Assembly (NCBI GenBank): GCA_050273025.1
Contig: CP158635.1
Coordinates: 28,148,001-28,212,000 of the forward strand
DNA length: 64,000 nt
Source of the DNA: Cenococcum geophilum
Lineage: Eukaryota
Direction: 5' to 3'
The position numbers and the translations under genes are program-made. Shown here in pieces: positions 36,201 to 48,982 of the stretch (position 1 is its first letter; each line of letters opens with the position of its first letter). The notes beneath the pieces are model-generated. The model ran no database searches, was not told the origin of the DNA, and saw only the letters and a program-made list of their open reading frames with translations.

Positions 36201-36591
36201 TCCCCAACTTCCAACCTTTTAGCAGGTCGTACTAGGAGTCTAAACGGGTAGTTGCTGTCGTATATATCGCTCAGGGGGAGGTATCAAGTAATTGCTAATC
36301 TGTGCGCGCTTACTAATTAGTGTTTATACTAACTTAATAGCACAAGTAAGTTGTATCCCGGGGCACGAAATACGTATAGTATTATATGCTCTTTAGGATA
36401 GTAGTGACTGTCAATTATATAAAGCAGACTACGTGGTCTATATACTAATGCACCTCCCCCCTAATTAGTTAGTGCTTTATAAGTGCACCAGGCGCGTAAG
36501 CGAGTGGTTAGTATACTAAACGCGTAAACGCGTACCTAGTGTACCGAACGCGTAAGCACGCGTTTGGTATAACAGGTGCTGTAATTATACA
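30223..36591 (-). mobile_element. Ty1/Copia element B, GalEa-like clade
   Basis: 271-bp LTRs at 30223-30493 and 36321-36591. TSD CTAGG (30218-30222 / 36592-36596). RT motifs RLII(Q)AYN, RDIS(Q)AY, KPLYGV..AGN.WF and GL(QTDD)TL. CTAATTAGT (de-RIP CTGATCAGT) hairpin site next to the 5' LTR instead of a tRNA PBS. Confidence 0.92.
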
Positions 36592-37337
36592 CTAGGAAAA
36601 TAAGCTAGTATTTTGGCAAGCAGTTTTAATATTAGATAGGATTTAAAATTTAAACAAACCTTTACGCTATAATACCTTTCTCTACTATATTTAGCGACTA
36701 GGCTTTATAGCCGGAATAATATAGATCTTTAATCCCTATAACATTTAGTAAGGAGTAGGTAAGGTAGTTAATATAGTAGCAACCTAAGCTTAATTATAAT
36801 AGGTTATAGGTTATATAGATATTGGAATCTTTTAGGCTTATATTAATAAGCGGATTTAATATAATATGCAGGCCGCTTTCCTTGGACGCCCTTCTAATAA
36901 CGCACTTTTTAAACCCCTAACTTATATTAGTTGGGATACTAACCTATAGGCTCCTAAAGCCGTTATAGATCTAATAGATAATTCTTTTAAGACTTACCTA
37001 CTTATTATAGAGCTTCGTTAGCGGTGTAATACCTTATTTAAAGAAACTAGGGAACTATACGGAACTCTTAAAAATGCATAGGCACTTAGAAATAAAGAGT
37101 ATAAATTATATACGCAAGCTGTATTAGATTTAGAAAATTAGAAAAAAAGCTTAAAAAAGAGAAACAGAAGGAAGTATAGCTTAATTTTTTTTAACAGAAT
37201 CGAGACCAAAGATTTAAGACGATAACTTACCCTATTAGCTGTTGGTTTAAGCAAAGAAGAGTAGAAACTAAAACTAGTAGAGTATAGTTTAGAACGAAAA
37301 CGTGTCGCTAAACTCTTATATTAACACTGTTCCGAAC

Positions 37338-40300
37338 TGTTACGGCACTAACCTAACGTATACTGTTTTATACTATCTCGTACTATTTCCTACTATTAGC
37401 TAAGCCACCACTAGTACCTTAGCGGCCGGCCCTACTATTTATATACAATACCCCCTTTCCACCTTCTTCTCCTCTTTATACTATAACGTAGTTATTTAGT
37501 CTACTTTATTACAGTACTATAACAGTTTGTGGTATCTCTAATTACACCCTATTACGATCTTTATTTTTCCTAGTCTACTATCTCCGTTTTCCTAGTATAA
37601 TCGCAACCTAGCGTAACTAATAACACCATACCACAGTTTTAAATAATCTTAGTATAGTCTTAGCATAGCCTTAGTACAGTTTTAGCAACCTTAGTATTAT
37701 AGTTAGCCTTATAGATTCTAATTACCTTACCCAGATCTCCTAGAATGGGCAACTATAATATAGACAACGTCCCGCCAATAAACCCTTATAAAGCGCTCGT
37801 CCGCCTCCTTAATACCTCCTATACTAATATCGCCTAGGCGATTAAGAACGGTCCTAAATACCTAAAGGACCTTAATATGGCAGGAACCTTTTAGTAACTC
37901 TCTATATGTACAGCCTTCTTAACTAGTATTAAGAGCGGCCTTTAAGCCATCTATAGTAAAGGCCAAGCTATAAAGTCCTAACTTAAAAAAGCTTAATATA
38001 GAATTAACTCCCTTAAGACACTTAAACCATATATTAAATAATATAAATAGTAAGCCCTTATATATACTGAGACTATATAAAACCTAAGCTTTTAGATTAC
38101 TACACTTACCAAGACCATTGCCGATAAGAACCCTACTATTAGCTCCCCTCTTTTAACTAAGCCCTATAAAAAAAGTGTAAAGTAAAAGATTTAACCCCGT
38201 TTAATAGCAAGGGATTACCAATTAAAAAGTAAAAAAATTTTAAAATATAGAAAATAAAAATTTAAGGCGTTTTCTAGAGGGATGTAAAGTGCTTTAAAAC
38301 CCTAATAGATAAAATCCTCTATATATCAGATATGCTAATAGATAAGGCTTATAACTATGTTAAATATAGCCTTAATACGCTACGTATATACCTAAACGAC
38401 CTAAGTAAATGGACCTTTTCTAACCAAGAGTCTATATTTATATATATAAGAGGATATTATAAGACTATAGATATAACCTAAGCGGCTAAAAATAAGTTAG
38501 ATACCTTAAGCTAAGGTAAGCGTAACTACTAGTTCTAAAAAGTAGAGCTTAATAAGTTAATAATTAAAGCAAATAAGACTAAGGAATAAAAAGTGAATTT
38601 GCTTAAGAAGAATATTTCCTCTAAGATAAAGGACCTAGCTCTTACCCTTAGCTATAAGATTAGTAATACTAACTATAAAGGCTAAAGTAAGCAGATAGAT
38701 GTATTCGCTTATAACCTATAGAACTATACCCACTATACTAAGTTAAATACCACTAAGCTAAGTACTGCTGGCGGCTATTAACCCGTATTACTATAAAATG
38801 ACCTAATAAACCTAGACGCCGTTAAGTTTAATAGCGGTAGTAATAGCCTCCCTAATAACGTCTAAAGATATTATATAAATAATAGACTCTATATAGCGTG
38901 TAGTTAACCTAGCTACTAGAAAGATATTTATAACTTTTAGCAAAACCTAAATCCCCTTTTAATGCTACTGCGCTAACCCCCCCTTAGCCGCGGCGGATTC
39001 TTTAATAGAGGGGATAGTAATTAAGGCGGTAACCGCAGATAAGGACGTAGGTTTGGATATAAAAACCTACCCCCGCAATTCTCTTCCCTAACGTAGCCCT
39101 AGCCAATAGTCCTATACGCGAACTATAGATAAGTATTCTATGTTACTACCAACCGTAAGACCGGCTATGTTATTGGCGAAGTACTCCCTAGCATATATAC
39201 ACCGTTAAAGACCGATATATTAGGATATACTAGCTAAGATTATAGCTACTAGCCAAGCCCTATAACGCAGCTATTAAAAAGCTAACCCTTAGACTAAGTC
39301 GCATTTAAGGGTTAAAACCATATAGGGAGGAGGATAAAAGGATTAGATTTATGCTACTAGATTAGTTAAACCTTATTTTAGGCTAGCTGCTATTTAATCT
39401 TAGAACAGCAAATAACGATAGAAATTTTATCCTTATTTAGACTTACCTCTCCTTACTACGTAACCTACTTCTAGAAGTTCTTATTAAAATAGTAAGCCTT
39501 ATTAATAGTAGTAGTATAGCACCAGCGTTTATAGACAAAGACTCGCTTATAAAGAAATATAATATTATAATAAAAAGACTCCTAGTTTTAAAACTACTCC
39601 GCCTTACTAACGGACTCTAATCTAGCTTTATTACCTATTACTTTATAGTAAAAATAACAATCGGCCACTATATAGAATCTATGCTTTTCTATATTATAAA
39701 GTTATTACCTTTAATACTAGTAATTCTTAGAATGCCCTAGCTTAAAAAGTATAACCTAAGTATAAACTTCCCCGTTTTAGGGCTTAAGTTTAACTCTAAT
39801 TACTATACCTATAACTGTCTCCTATAGTATATCCCTAATTATAACTAAATAGCACTATATAGACGTATTATACGGCTAACGCTTAGATACTATTAGCTGA
39901 TAGTAGAAGAGGTACCTAATACTAGTAAGCTAATATATATAGTAAATAAAACAGAGATTCTAGAAGACTGGACTACTACTCCACTCTTAAGAAACACTGC
40001 CCCGCCCCTAAGAATATAAACACCGCTAAAACTATAAGTCCCCCGTATATACCCGCTTAACTTAAGCTAGCTAATAAGATATATAACTTTAAGTCATTTG
40101 CTATATATATATATAACCACGCGTATAATAGCTAAAGGTGTTATAGCTAAGACTAAAACCAGAGTAATTAAGACCTCCCCCCTATAACGCCCAATCTTAT
40201 ATCCGTCTCCCGCGCATACTATATAGGGCCGCCGCCGCGTTTTTGCCCCCTAGGGCCGACTAAGTTACGCTAGCCCAGCTATAGCACTAGAGAACTAAAC

Positions 40301-43300
40301 ACGCCCTAAACTAGACGATATTAGATATACTTATACCATTAATTTCACTTAGTTCTATAAATAAAAAGGCGTAAAGATAATAAGGATCTATATGGCGGAG
40401 CTAGTAGAACTAGTTAAATAAAAAGAATACTAATAGCTGCTTAAAGAGCTGCCTATAGGCCTAATAGAAGTACTAAACCTGTTAGAAAAGTCTTTCCGCT
40501 GGCTAGTAGAGGGCGACTATATAATAAAAGAAGCCCGTAAAGCGCTACCCCCTTATTTTTATAATTTCCTTAAGATAAACCTAAAAACTAAGCCTAAGTC
40601 TCTACGCTAGAAGATAGTTAATATTAATATTAAAAAATTCTTAAAAGGCAAACTAGGATTAACCCGTAAAGATATTCTATAATGCTTATTAAAGGAGTTC
40701 CGCGAATATATTAAGCACTTTCTCTCTAAGAATATAGATAAGCTGCCCCCTTACCAACTATAGGACCATAAAATTAAGATTATTCCCAGAAACTAGGCCC
40801 CATACTATAAAAATAGACCACTCTTACCTGCTAAACTTAGGTATATAAAAAAGTGGATTAATAAGATGCTAGATAAGGGTTTTATCCGCGAATTAACCTT
40901 ACTAGCTACTATACTACTCCTCCTCGCTGCTAAGCCTAGTGGCGGTGTATAAATCTGCTATAACTACTAAGGCCTAAATATAGTCACTATTAAGAATTGG
41001 TACCCACTACTACTAATCTATAAGACACTTAACGTACTTTATAGTACTAAGTACTTTACTAAACTTAATATAATTACTACGTTTAACTAAATCTAGATTA
41101 CAGAGGGCTATAAGTGGCTTATAGCATTTATTACCCGGTTTAGACTTTATAAAATACTAGTTATACTATTTAGCCTCTATAACGCACCCGCTACGTTTTA
41201 AAATTATATTAATTATATCTTATATAACGCCCTTAATAACTACTATACTGCCTACCTTAATAACGTCCTTATCTTTTCTAAAACACGCACTAAGTATATT
41301 AAGTATATAAATGAAGTTATCTAAAGACTCGGTAATGCTAGACTTTAGATTAATATTAATAAGTCTAAGTTCTACTCTACTAAAACAAAATACCTTAGCT
41401 TAATTATCTTAACTAATAGCATAACTATAGACCCTAAAAAGGTATAGGCTTTATAGGAATAGAAGGACTCGACATTAATTAAAGAACTATAACAATTTCT
41501 TAGCTTCGCGAACTTCTACTAATAATTTATTTAAGGCTACTCTGCTATCGCTATACCTATAATAAAACTCCTAAAGAAGGATATTGGATAGCTATAGGGA
41601 CTAGAATAAGCTAAATCATTTAAGGCCCTTAAGGGAGCCTTTACCTTAGCACTAGTACTAGTATACTATAACTATATAAAGAAGATAGTAGTAGAGACAG
41701 ATATATTAAATTAGGCTTCTAGCGAAGTCCTTTCCTAATATAATAACAACGGTAAATTAAGACCGGTCGTATTCTTCTCCATAAAGCACTCTGTGCTAAA
41801 GTATAACTATAAGATCTACAATAAAGAACTTTTAGCTATTATTAAGGCTTTAGAAGAATAGCGTCCTAAGCTATAAGGGACTAAAGAGCCGTTTAAAATT
41901 ATTACCAACTATAAGAACCTATAGATGTTTATAACTATTAAGTAGCTAAATTAACGCTAAGTCCGGTAGGCAGAGTTTCTTTTATAGTTTAACTTTGTAA
42001 TTATATATAGACCTAGCAGTAAAGCTACGCTCCCTAACACCTTAAGCCAGCTACTAAAAATAAGGCCTAAGGACGTTAATAATAAACGCCTCCGCCACCA
42101 AGCCCAAGTCGTTATACCGCCCTAGAAAATTAACCCTATAATCTTAAAAGAATTGCTATATAAGTCCCGTAACTCTAATAATATAAAGTTTATAGCCGCT
42201 CTAGACCCTAAAATAGCTAAAAAGTTACTAGATAAGTTAATCTAGTTAGGATACTAGGAGAACAAACTTATAAGAGATATAGTAGCGGCCCTATATAATT
42301 AGAAAGCTTACTATTAGCTAAAGAAGATTAGGAAATTACTCTATTGCAATAATTTAGAATATAGTATCGTTAACGGACAGATTTACTTCTACTAATATCT
42401 CTTTATCCTTAACGCCCTAGACCTCCGCCTAGAAGTTATCCATTACTCTTATAGCAGCGGCCCCACTAGTTACCCCAGCTAGGTTAAAACCCTTAATCTC
42501 TTAAACTAAATATACTAGTGGCTAGAAATCTCCTAATTTACAACTACCTTCGTTAAAGACTATACCCTATACTTTTGCACTAAGACCCCCTATTTTACCC
42601 CGCTTAGTTTTTTTAAGCTACTAAAACTACCTACTTACCTATAGACCAATATTTTAATTAACTATATTATAACATTGCCGGTATGCTAACGCCACGGTAA
42701 AGTATATAAATATATCTTTATTATTATAAACCACCTAACTAAAATATAATACCTTATTTTAGTAATAGGACTCTTAATAAAGGAGCTAGTTAACGGCTTT
42801 ATTAATAATATATATAAGCTTTACGGTATACTAAACACAATTATCTCTAATCACGGTATATAATTTGTTAGTAACTTCTAGCAACAACTAAGTAAACGCC
42901 TTAAGACAACCTTAAGACTAAGCTTAGCCTAGCACTTAAAAATAAACGGCTAAACTAAAATTATTAACGCTGCTATAAATAAGTACCTCCATGCTTTTAT
43001 TAGCTTTATATAGGATAACTAAGTTAACTACCTACCGCTCGCCAAGTTTGCTATAAATAACTAAGTCAACAAGAGCATAGGCATCTCCCTATTTTTTATA
43101 AACTATAGCTTTAACCCTCGCCTCGGAATCGAGCCTACTGGCCTTTACTTACTAACACTATTAGCATAAGTAAAGAAGGAGTTCTTTTACGCAGACTCTA
43201 TAGCCAACCACTTTAAGCGGATATTAATATAGCTTAAAGCCCTAGCCCGGATTTTATAGTAACGCTATAAAGATAATACTAATACCCGTAGGGATAAAAG

Positions 43301-44324
43301 CGCGTTATTTTATAAAGGCGATATAGTTATGGTTAGCTTAGAAAATATAAAGATAAATAAACCTAAGAAGAAATGGGACGATAAATAGGACGGCCTATAC
43401 CCCGTACTTGTAGTATACTAAGGGGTAGTTATAGTAGACCTCCTAGACTATATCTAAGTAAATAAATCCTTTTATATATCTAAGGTCCGCCTCTAGGCTA
43501 TTAAAAAGATCCTTAGTTAAGCAAATATTAATACTATAGAGCGCCGCAACGTATAAGAATAAGTAGTAGAGAGAGATAATAACGGTAATATAGAAGATAA
43601 ATGGGAGTTTAAGAAAATCCTTAATATATATAACAAAGACCCCTAAGGCCTAACTTATAAGATTAAATGGAAATATTATAAGGATATAACCTAGTAGCTA
43701 GAAGAAGACCTAAAGGGTTATAAATAGGCTGTACAGCGCTTTTATAAGCAATACCCTAAAAAGCTAAAACCCTTAAACTGGGTATAAGATAAGGGAAAGT
43801 TACGCTAAGGTCGTAGCCGACTACCGTATTAAAATTTATGGTGGTTAAAATGTTATAGAACTTTAACCGGCAGTTAAAGTTATCTAATTAGCTAGATTCT
43901 TGCTAAGAAACGCCACGCGGATTAATTTAGGTAGTAGTGTAGAGTTCTGCTAACCTTACTTACTAAACTAACTAATTAGGATTTTCTATACCCGGTATAA
44001 AAAATTGCTATTAGCTTAGTTAAGGGCGATAAGCAGAACTAATATCTTTGTAGTAAAAAACAGGCGACCCCAAATACTGCCTATTTTAGAGTTATTTATT
44101 TAGTTTAGGGACTAAACTATCTAGGGGAGAGGAGTACTATTACGGCATTAACCTAACGCATACTGTTTTATACTATCTTGTACTATTTCCTATTATTAGC
44201 TGGCCTACCACTAGTACCTTAGCGGCCGGCCCTACTATTTATATACAATACCCCCTTTCCACCTTCTTCTCCTCTTTATACTATAACGTAGTTATTTAGT
44301 CTACTTTATTATAGCACTATGACA
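37338..44324 (+). mobile_element. Ty3/Gypsy chromovirus C (RIP-inactivated)
   Basis: 187-bp LTRs at 37338-37524 and 44138-44324. TSD CGAAC (37333-37337 / 44325-44329). PPT GGGGAGAGGAGTAC. gag ATG ~37745, protease LI(D)S(G) ~39500, RT AYL(DD)VL ~41250, RNase H, integrase, chromodomain ~43595-43750. Confidence 0.94.
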
Positions 44325-45269
44325 CGAACTTATACCGCAAAAGAAGCTCTAATATTAAATTAACGCAATTAAAGCCTTACTTAATCTATACTAGGTACTA
44401 AAACCTATAGTTAGGTAAAAGGTCATCTGCGATTATAATTAGGGCATCCTTTCTACTCTAAAGCTAAGTCTAGAGTTAACGGTTAAATTTAAACCAGGCC
44501 CTATAAAGATTACAAATTAATAGTATTTCTTTTGCACCTATAAGATAAAAGTATATACCCTTTTCTATCGCCTACGTAAAGCAAGGAAACATATTAAGAA
44601 GCGATATCTTTCTTTTTTTAGATAGGATAAATTAATCCTATATCCAGACCCATATTGTCACCTATTAGGAATAATGCTCCTTAGGCATAAGCATTTTAAA
44701 AACCATGTATTTACGGTATATAGCGCTTCTCTACTACCTTATACCTTATAGTCTATTACTCTTAGTTTTTTTCTTTTTCTTATGGTATTATAGGAGGTTA
44801 TATTCGCCCTATTTAGGAATTGGCAAAGGCTAGAGGGTTTAAGATCCCCTTCCTAGCTTTTTTATTATTCGCCACCGGTGTTCTTACGCGCCTTCTGTCC
44901 CTCTTAAGACTCCCATATTTCGCCAGTAATGTTAGCAATTAGGCTAGGTTACGAATTTTAGCCCTTAACTAAACCAATATAAAAATTACTATATACTGTA
45001 GTAATCTTTAATTTTAAGAGCTTCTGGCTAGTTAAGTTAACGTATAAGTATATTATAATTGGCTTTAACTTTGGCGGGACTCTTTAACTTAGTGTCGGAA
45101 CGTTAATCACGTGACGTAGTCACGAGACTACGAGGCGAGACTAGCTAATCTGACTTGGAGCAACCCCTTACTTCTAGACAACAATTAACTACCAACTTCA
45201 ACACCGCATACGTACCACTATAAGTGATATTCATGCATGTTGATAAAGCGAGTATACCGACACTTAGTA

Positions 45270-46967
45270 TACGCTTAAATTAAGTCCTCTAATATCTTCC
45301 GTTTCTCCTTTAAGTACTTACTACTATTAACTAATATAGTCTTAATATTTTTTAACAACGTGCTACTTATAGAGTTGCATCTGGATATCCTCCTAGATAA
45401 GCTTTTTAGTAGCTAATATAAAGCTAGCTCCCTAATTACTAATATAAACTTTTAGTATGGGTATATTATAGAATATAAACTTATTTATAAAGTTATGCAT
45501 CTTTTTAAACACCTACTTAGCCTTAGATATAATAATTAAGTGTATAATTAGAACTGTCTTACTAGTATTTATTATTATTACTATAGTTAATAGTAGTATA
45601 CGGAGCTAGTTTATAGAGAATGTTATATTAATATAAATATAGAAGCTAGAGGCAAATTAATATATAAAAGTAATTTGTTTAGGAGTTATAAAGGTAAGTT
45701 AAATAAGGACTTAAGAGGTAGGGTCACCTAGGGAGAAGAGTAAGTTAGTATTAAGTTAGTAGTAGATAGCAAATAAGTATCCCAGGCGCTTTAATATTAA
45801 AGTACCCTAAGACATACTACTATATAGTTAGATTATTATATTTAGTGGGTCCCACTATACTAATTTGTAACTTAGATATACCGGATAATATTATATTATT
45901 TATACTGCCGGGATTAGAGCTAAAGATCGTTTATCTAATAAACCTAAATCTACTATAGTAACTTATTCCTTTCCTATTCTTTCTTTAAAGCTATAAGATA
46001 CGCCTATTTAGAAGGCTAGCAAGTAATTAGGATAAAGGGGAATGTTCTTTTTAATGGAGTCCTATTATTCCTTGAATATTATAATCGCCCTAATCTTACC
46101 ATTGCTTTAATCTTACTATCGCCTTAATTTTGCCACCTCTTAGATCTTACTAAATAAAATAGTAAGCTTACCTGTTTTAGTATTAACTTCTATATAGATA
46201 TACGAGCGAGTATAAAAGCTAGCTTGTTAAAGAGCTAAATAGAGCTCCGCAAATCGCTTCTGCTTTATTACACCTCCTATCTATTTACCTTAATAAACTT
46301 GCCCTCCTATATTCCAGTAGTTACGACTACTTATTAGTAGCAAGTTGTTAGTAAATAAAAGCCGCCGTACCTCTCCTACGGATATATTGGCAGCCTAGTA
46401 GTTAAGGGCTTCCGCTATAGTTGCTATATACTATAGCTAACAGTTCCTATATTTTAGAAAAAAGAGAGGATTTAGTATAGCTGCGCAGGTATATATACTA
46501 TTATTAACTTTTATAACCTAGGTAATAACTCCTTTATCTATGCGCTTGTAAGCAAAGATATAATAAAAATAATTCTTCTTTAAAATCTTTCTATTTAGCC
46601 GCCTAAGTAATTAACCTTCCTTATCCTTCTGCTGGTGGTTATCCTTAGTAAGCTTCTAATGGTTATAAGTCTCTCCACTATAAGCTCTGCATTTTATATA
46701 GAGTCGCTATATAATTTGGCCACCACTTATATAGAGTTCGCGGCCTTAAGAGAATGCATAGTTGTTAAAGCGCTGTACTGCTAAGTTTTGAGTGTTATAG
46801 TGCTTACTAGCTTCTGGCTTAAGTAAGTATTTAAGAGGGATTAATTAAATAGCTGCCTATATTACCGCAATTGCGTTCTTATTTCTTAGCTTCTTATAAG
46901 CCTTCTATTTAACGGACTAAGTTTCCTATAGCGCGGCGGCAGGAGTAACTGAGGTAGGAGCGTCCAT
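45270..46967 (-). pseudogene. Mutator (MULE) transposase, RIPped and apparently C-terminally truncated
   Basis: ATG 46967. De-RIPped H.D.TFS.N.LR.LL (~45590-45640), HV.DQGA.L (~45420-45450) and QL(C).(W)HV..NIK (~45340-45385). Termini not resolved. Confidence 0.75.
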
Positions 46968-47602
46968 TTTGAATAAGAATCTTAGTGCAGAGCGTAGGGA
47001 GCTATTGCTACGTATTTATATAGAGCTTGGGTGGCGATTAAGCGGTGTTAATTAACGTGGCGGTGACAAAAGTATATGCACCTCCATTTAACCGTGCGGC
47101 AGCCTACGGGGCATGCCGGGGTAGGGGGGTATTTGGTAAATATTATAGGAGGGGGCGCACGGAAAGTAAGGTGCATAGTTGCAAAACGGAGACAATATAG
47201 ACCACGACAGGCCTTCTTACTAATCGATGGCAGAGTATTAAAGTTAAATTACGGCCGTGCGTGTGCCGTAATCGTGCTCCACCAACAATAGACCGGTTTT
47301 TCTGGCAGGACACCTCCAAAACCACCTACCGTAGATAGTTTGGCGCAGGATTTGCCCCCTGTACCCCCCCTATACCCCCCTACTAGAGGCTTACATAGTA
47401 AAATAAGGTGGCTTACACTACTCTATATAAAAGGTAGTTAGGTGGCCTAGCTACGACACCTAGTGTCTTAACTAGGACACCTAACTACCTACTATAAAAG
47501 GTGTAGTTGATTTAGTAGTGCCTACGGCAATAAGGCTATTTAGACCTTAAAGTTACGCGTAAGGGCCGCGCTAACGTGATTTTTAAGAGACGCGCTTCTT
47601 TT

Positions 47603-47688
47603 TCTTACTACCTTATAGCTTACTACCTTATACTCTTACTACCTTATACTCTTACTACTTTATACTCTTACTACCTTATACTCTTACT
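47603..47688. repeat. 17-bp tandem repeat x5 in the left subterminal region
   Basis: Repeated TCTTACTACCTTATAC-type units. Confidence 0.8.
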
Positions 47689-48982
47689 AATATGTTAAAT
47701 TTAAGTTGGTAGGAACCTTCTAGCTATATAGGAGACAGTTAGCAGAGCCTTTATAATAGAGTTTAACTACTATTACTTTATATAACGAACCTAAATCCTA
47801 CTTACCTATTCGCGACCAATTTAAATTAGGTTAATTAATCGCAGCTATACTTTTAAAATCTATATATAGGCTTTGTATTTGCGAATATATATAATATAGA
47901 GCCAATTTTATTACCGCCGCTATTGTTGTAGGTAAGCCGTATACTACCTTCTATATACGAACTCTCGTTATCGCCTATACCTTAAGTTACCCCTTTACCG
48001 CAGCCGATTATACCTTTACCAGTAATTTAATCATCGCCTCCTTATATAGAGGCCTACTATAAGGCCTAGCCTATTCTAATTTAAATAATAACGCCTACGC
48101 AGAACGGTATTTCTACTCCCTTATAGCCTTTAATTGTAATCCCATTATTTATTAAGCAACCGACGCTATTGGCGAATAAGTAGTAAGCGTTAAGGACTTC
48201 TATAGGGGACGTTAAAACTAAGCCTAAGGAGCTCGTAGGTATAAAGTATATTATAAATATATAGAAAACCACGAGTAAGAGGTATACGAAGCGCGTTCTT
48301 ATTAGTTGGAGTAAGGGCCTAGAATTAGACGTCGCTAGGATTATAGTTGTAAGGAAGAAATAATATTTAAAGGCTGTATTAGATAATACGTTTTATAAGG
48401 GGCTTCTTATAGACCTTAAGCGGGAGCTAAATTTTAAGCTAACCCAGTTATGCTAAGTAATATTTAGTAGTAAGAATGGTATTGGCGTAAATAATAAGCA
48501 AAAGACTCTGCCTAGCTAGATTAGTAAGCGTAATTGGTTCCTAGTAGGCCGTAATAAGGGGATAGAAAGAGAGCAACTTAACGAGTTTAACCGCTATATT
48601 AATTAAATTATTAAGATAATAGAGAAGAAGAAGTGGAAGAAGTAGGGGCAAGTTAAAACCAATAAATAGCTTAAATAAGAGCGTAAGGATAAGTATAAAC
48701 TACGTACCTCTATACTAAAGCGAGCCTCTAAGCGTTAAGCTAGCGAGATTAACTCCACAGGCGATTTAACTACTACTAAGTCGGTAGATAAATCTTTACG
48801 CGATCTTATTATATACGAAGGCTCCTACCCAGCTCACTCTTATAAGCGCGCTAATCTTAATAGCGCCGCAATTATAAACAATTCTAATATAGTTCTAGAG
48901 CAGTATTTTAAGTTACGGAAAGCCTCCGCGGCTTTAAGGGAGAAATATTTATAGAAGGAGCTTTAATTAAGAAAGTAGGAAC

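Larger units (their letters stand above)
28948..44751 (+). pseudogene. DUF3435 tyrosine recombinase (Starship captain), RIPped and split in three (~28948-30222, 36597-37337, 44330-44751)
   Basis: De-RIPped motifs: LTKEY.LD...KEKPVMNVDD, HWALD, LQLALLMLI..YTATR.GALV (~29620-29685), LCY..ITLFLL, FHEVDDLIFDPV, Y.IRRG.G, QQVMGH....IFQAYIN.RIQ.D.QAAFLGRPS (~36735-36895), and C-terminal zinc-finger-like FKNH...VH. Introns ~29172-29219 and ~29992-30042. Confidence 0.88.
13268..45171 (+). mobile_element. Candidate Starship-like tyrosine-recombinase element (boundaries tentative)
   Basis: Contains the DUF3435 pseudogene. TTAC at 13268-13271 and 45168-45171 with an imperfect inner inverted repeat (GTAACTCTATGTC vs reverse complement GTTGCTCCAAGTC). 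Net ~3.4 kb after removing nested LTR elements. Confidence 0.5.
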
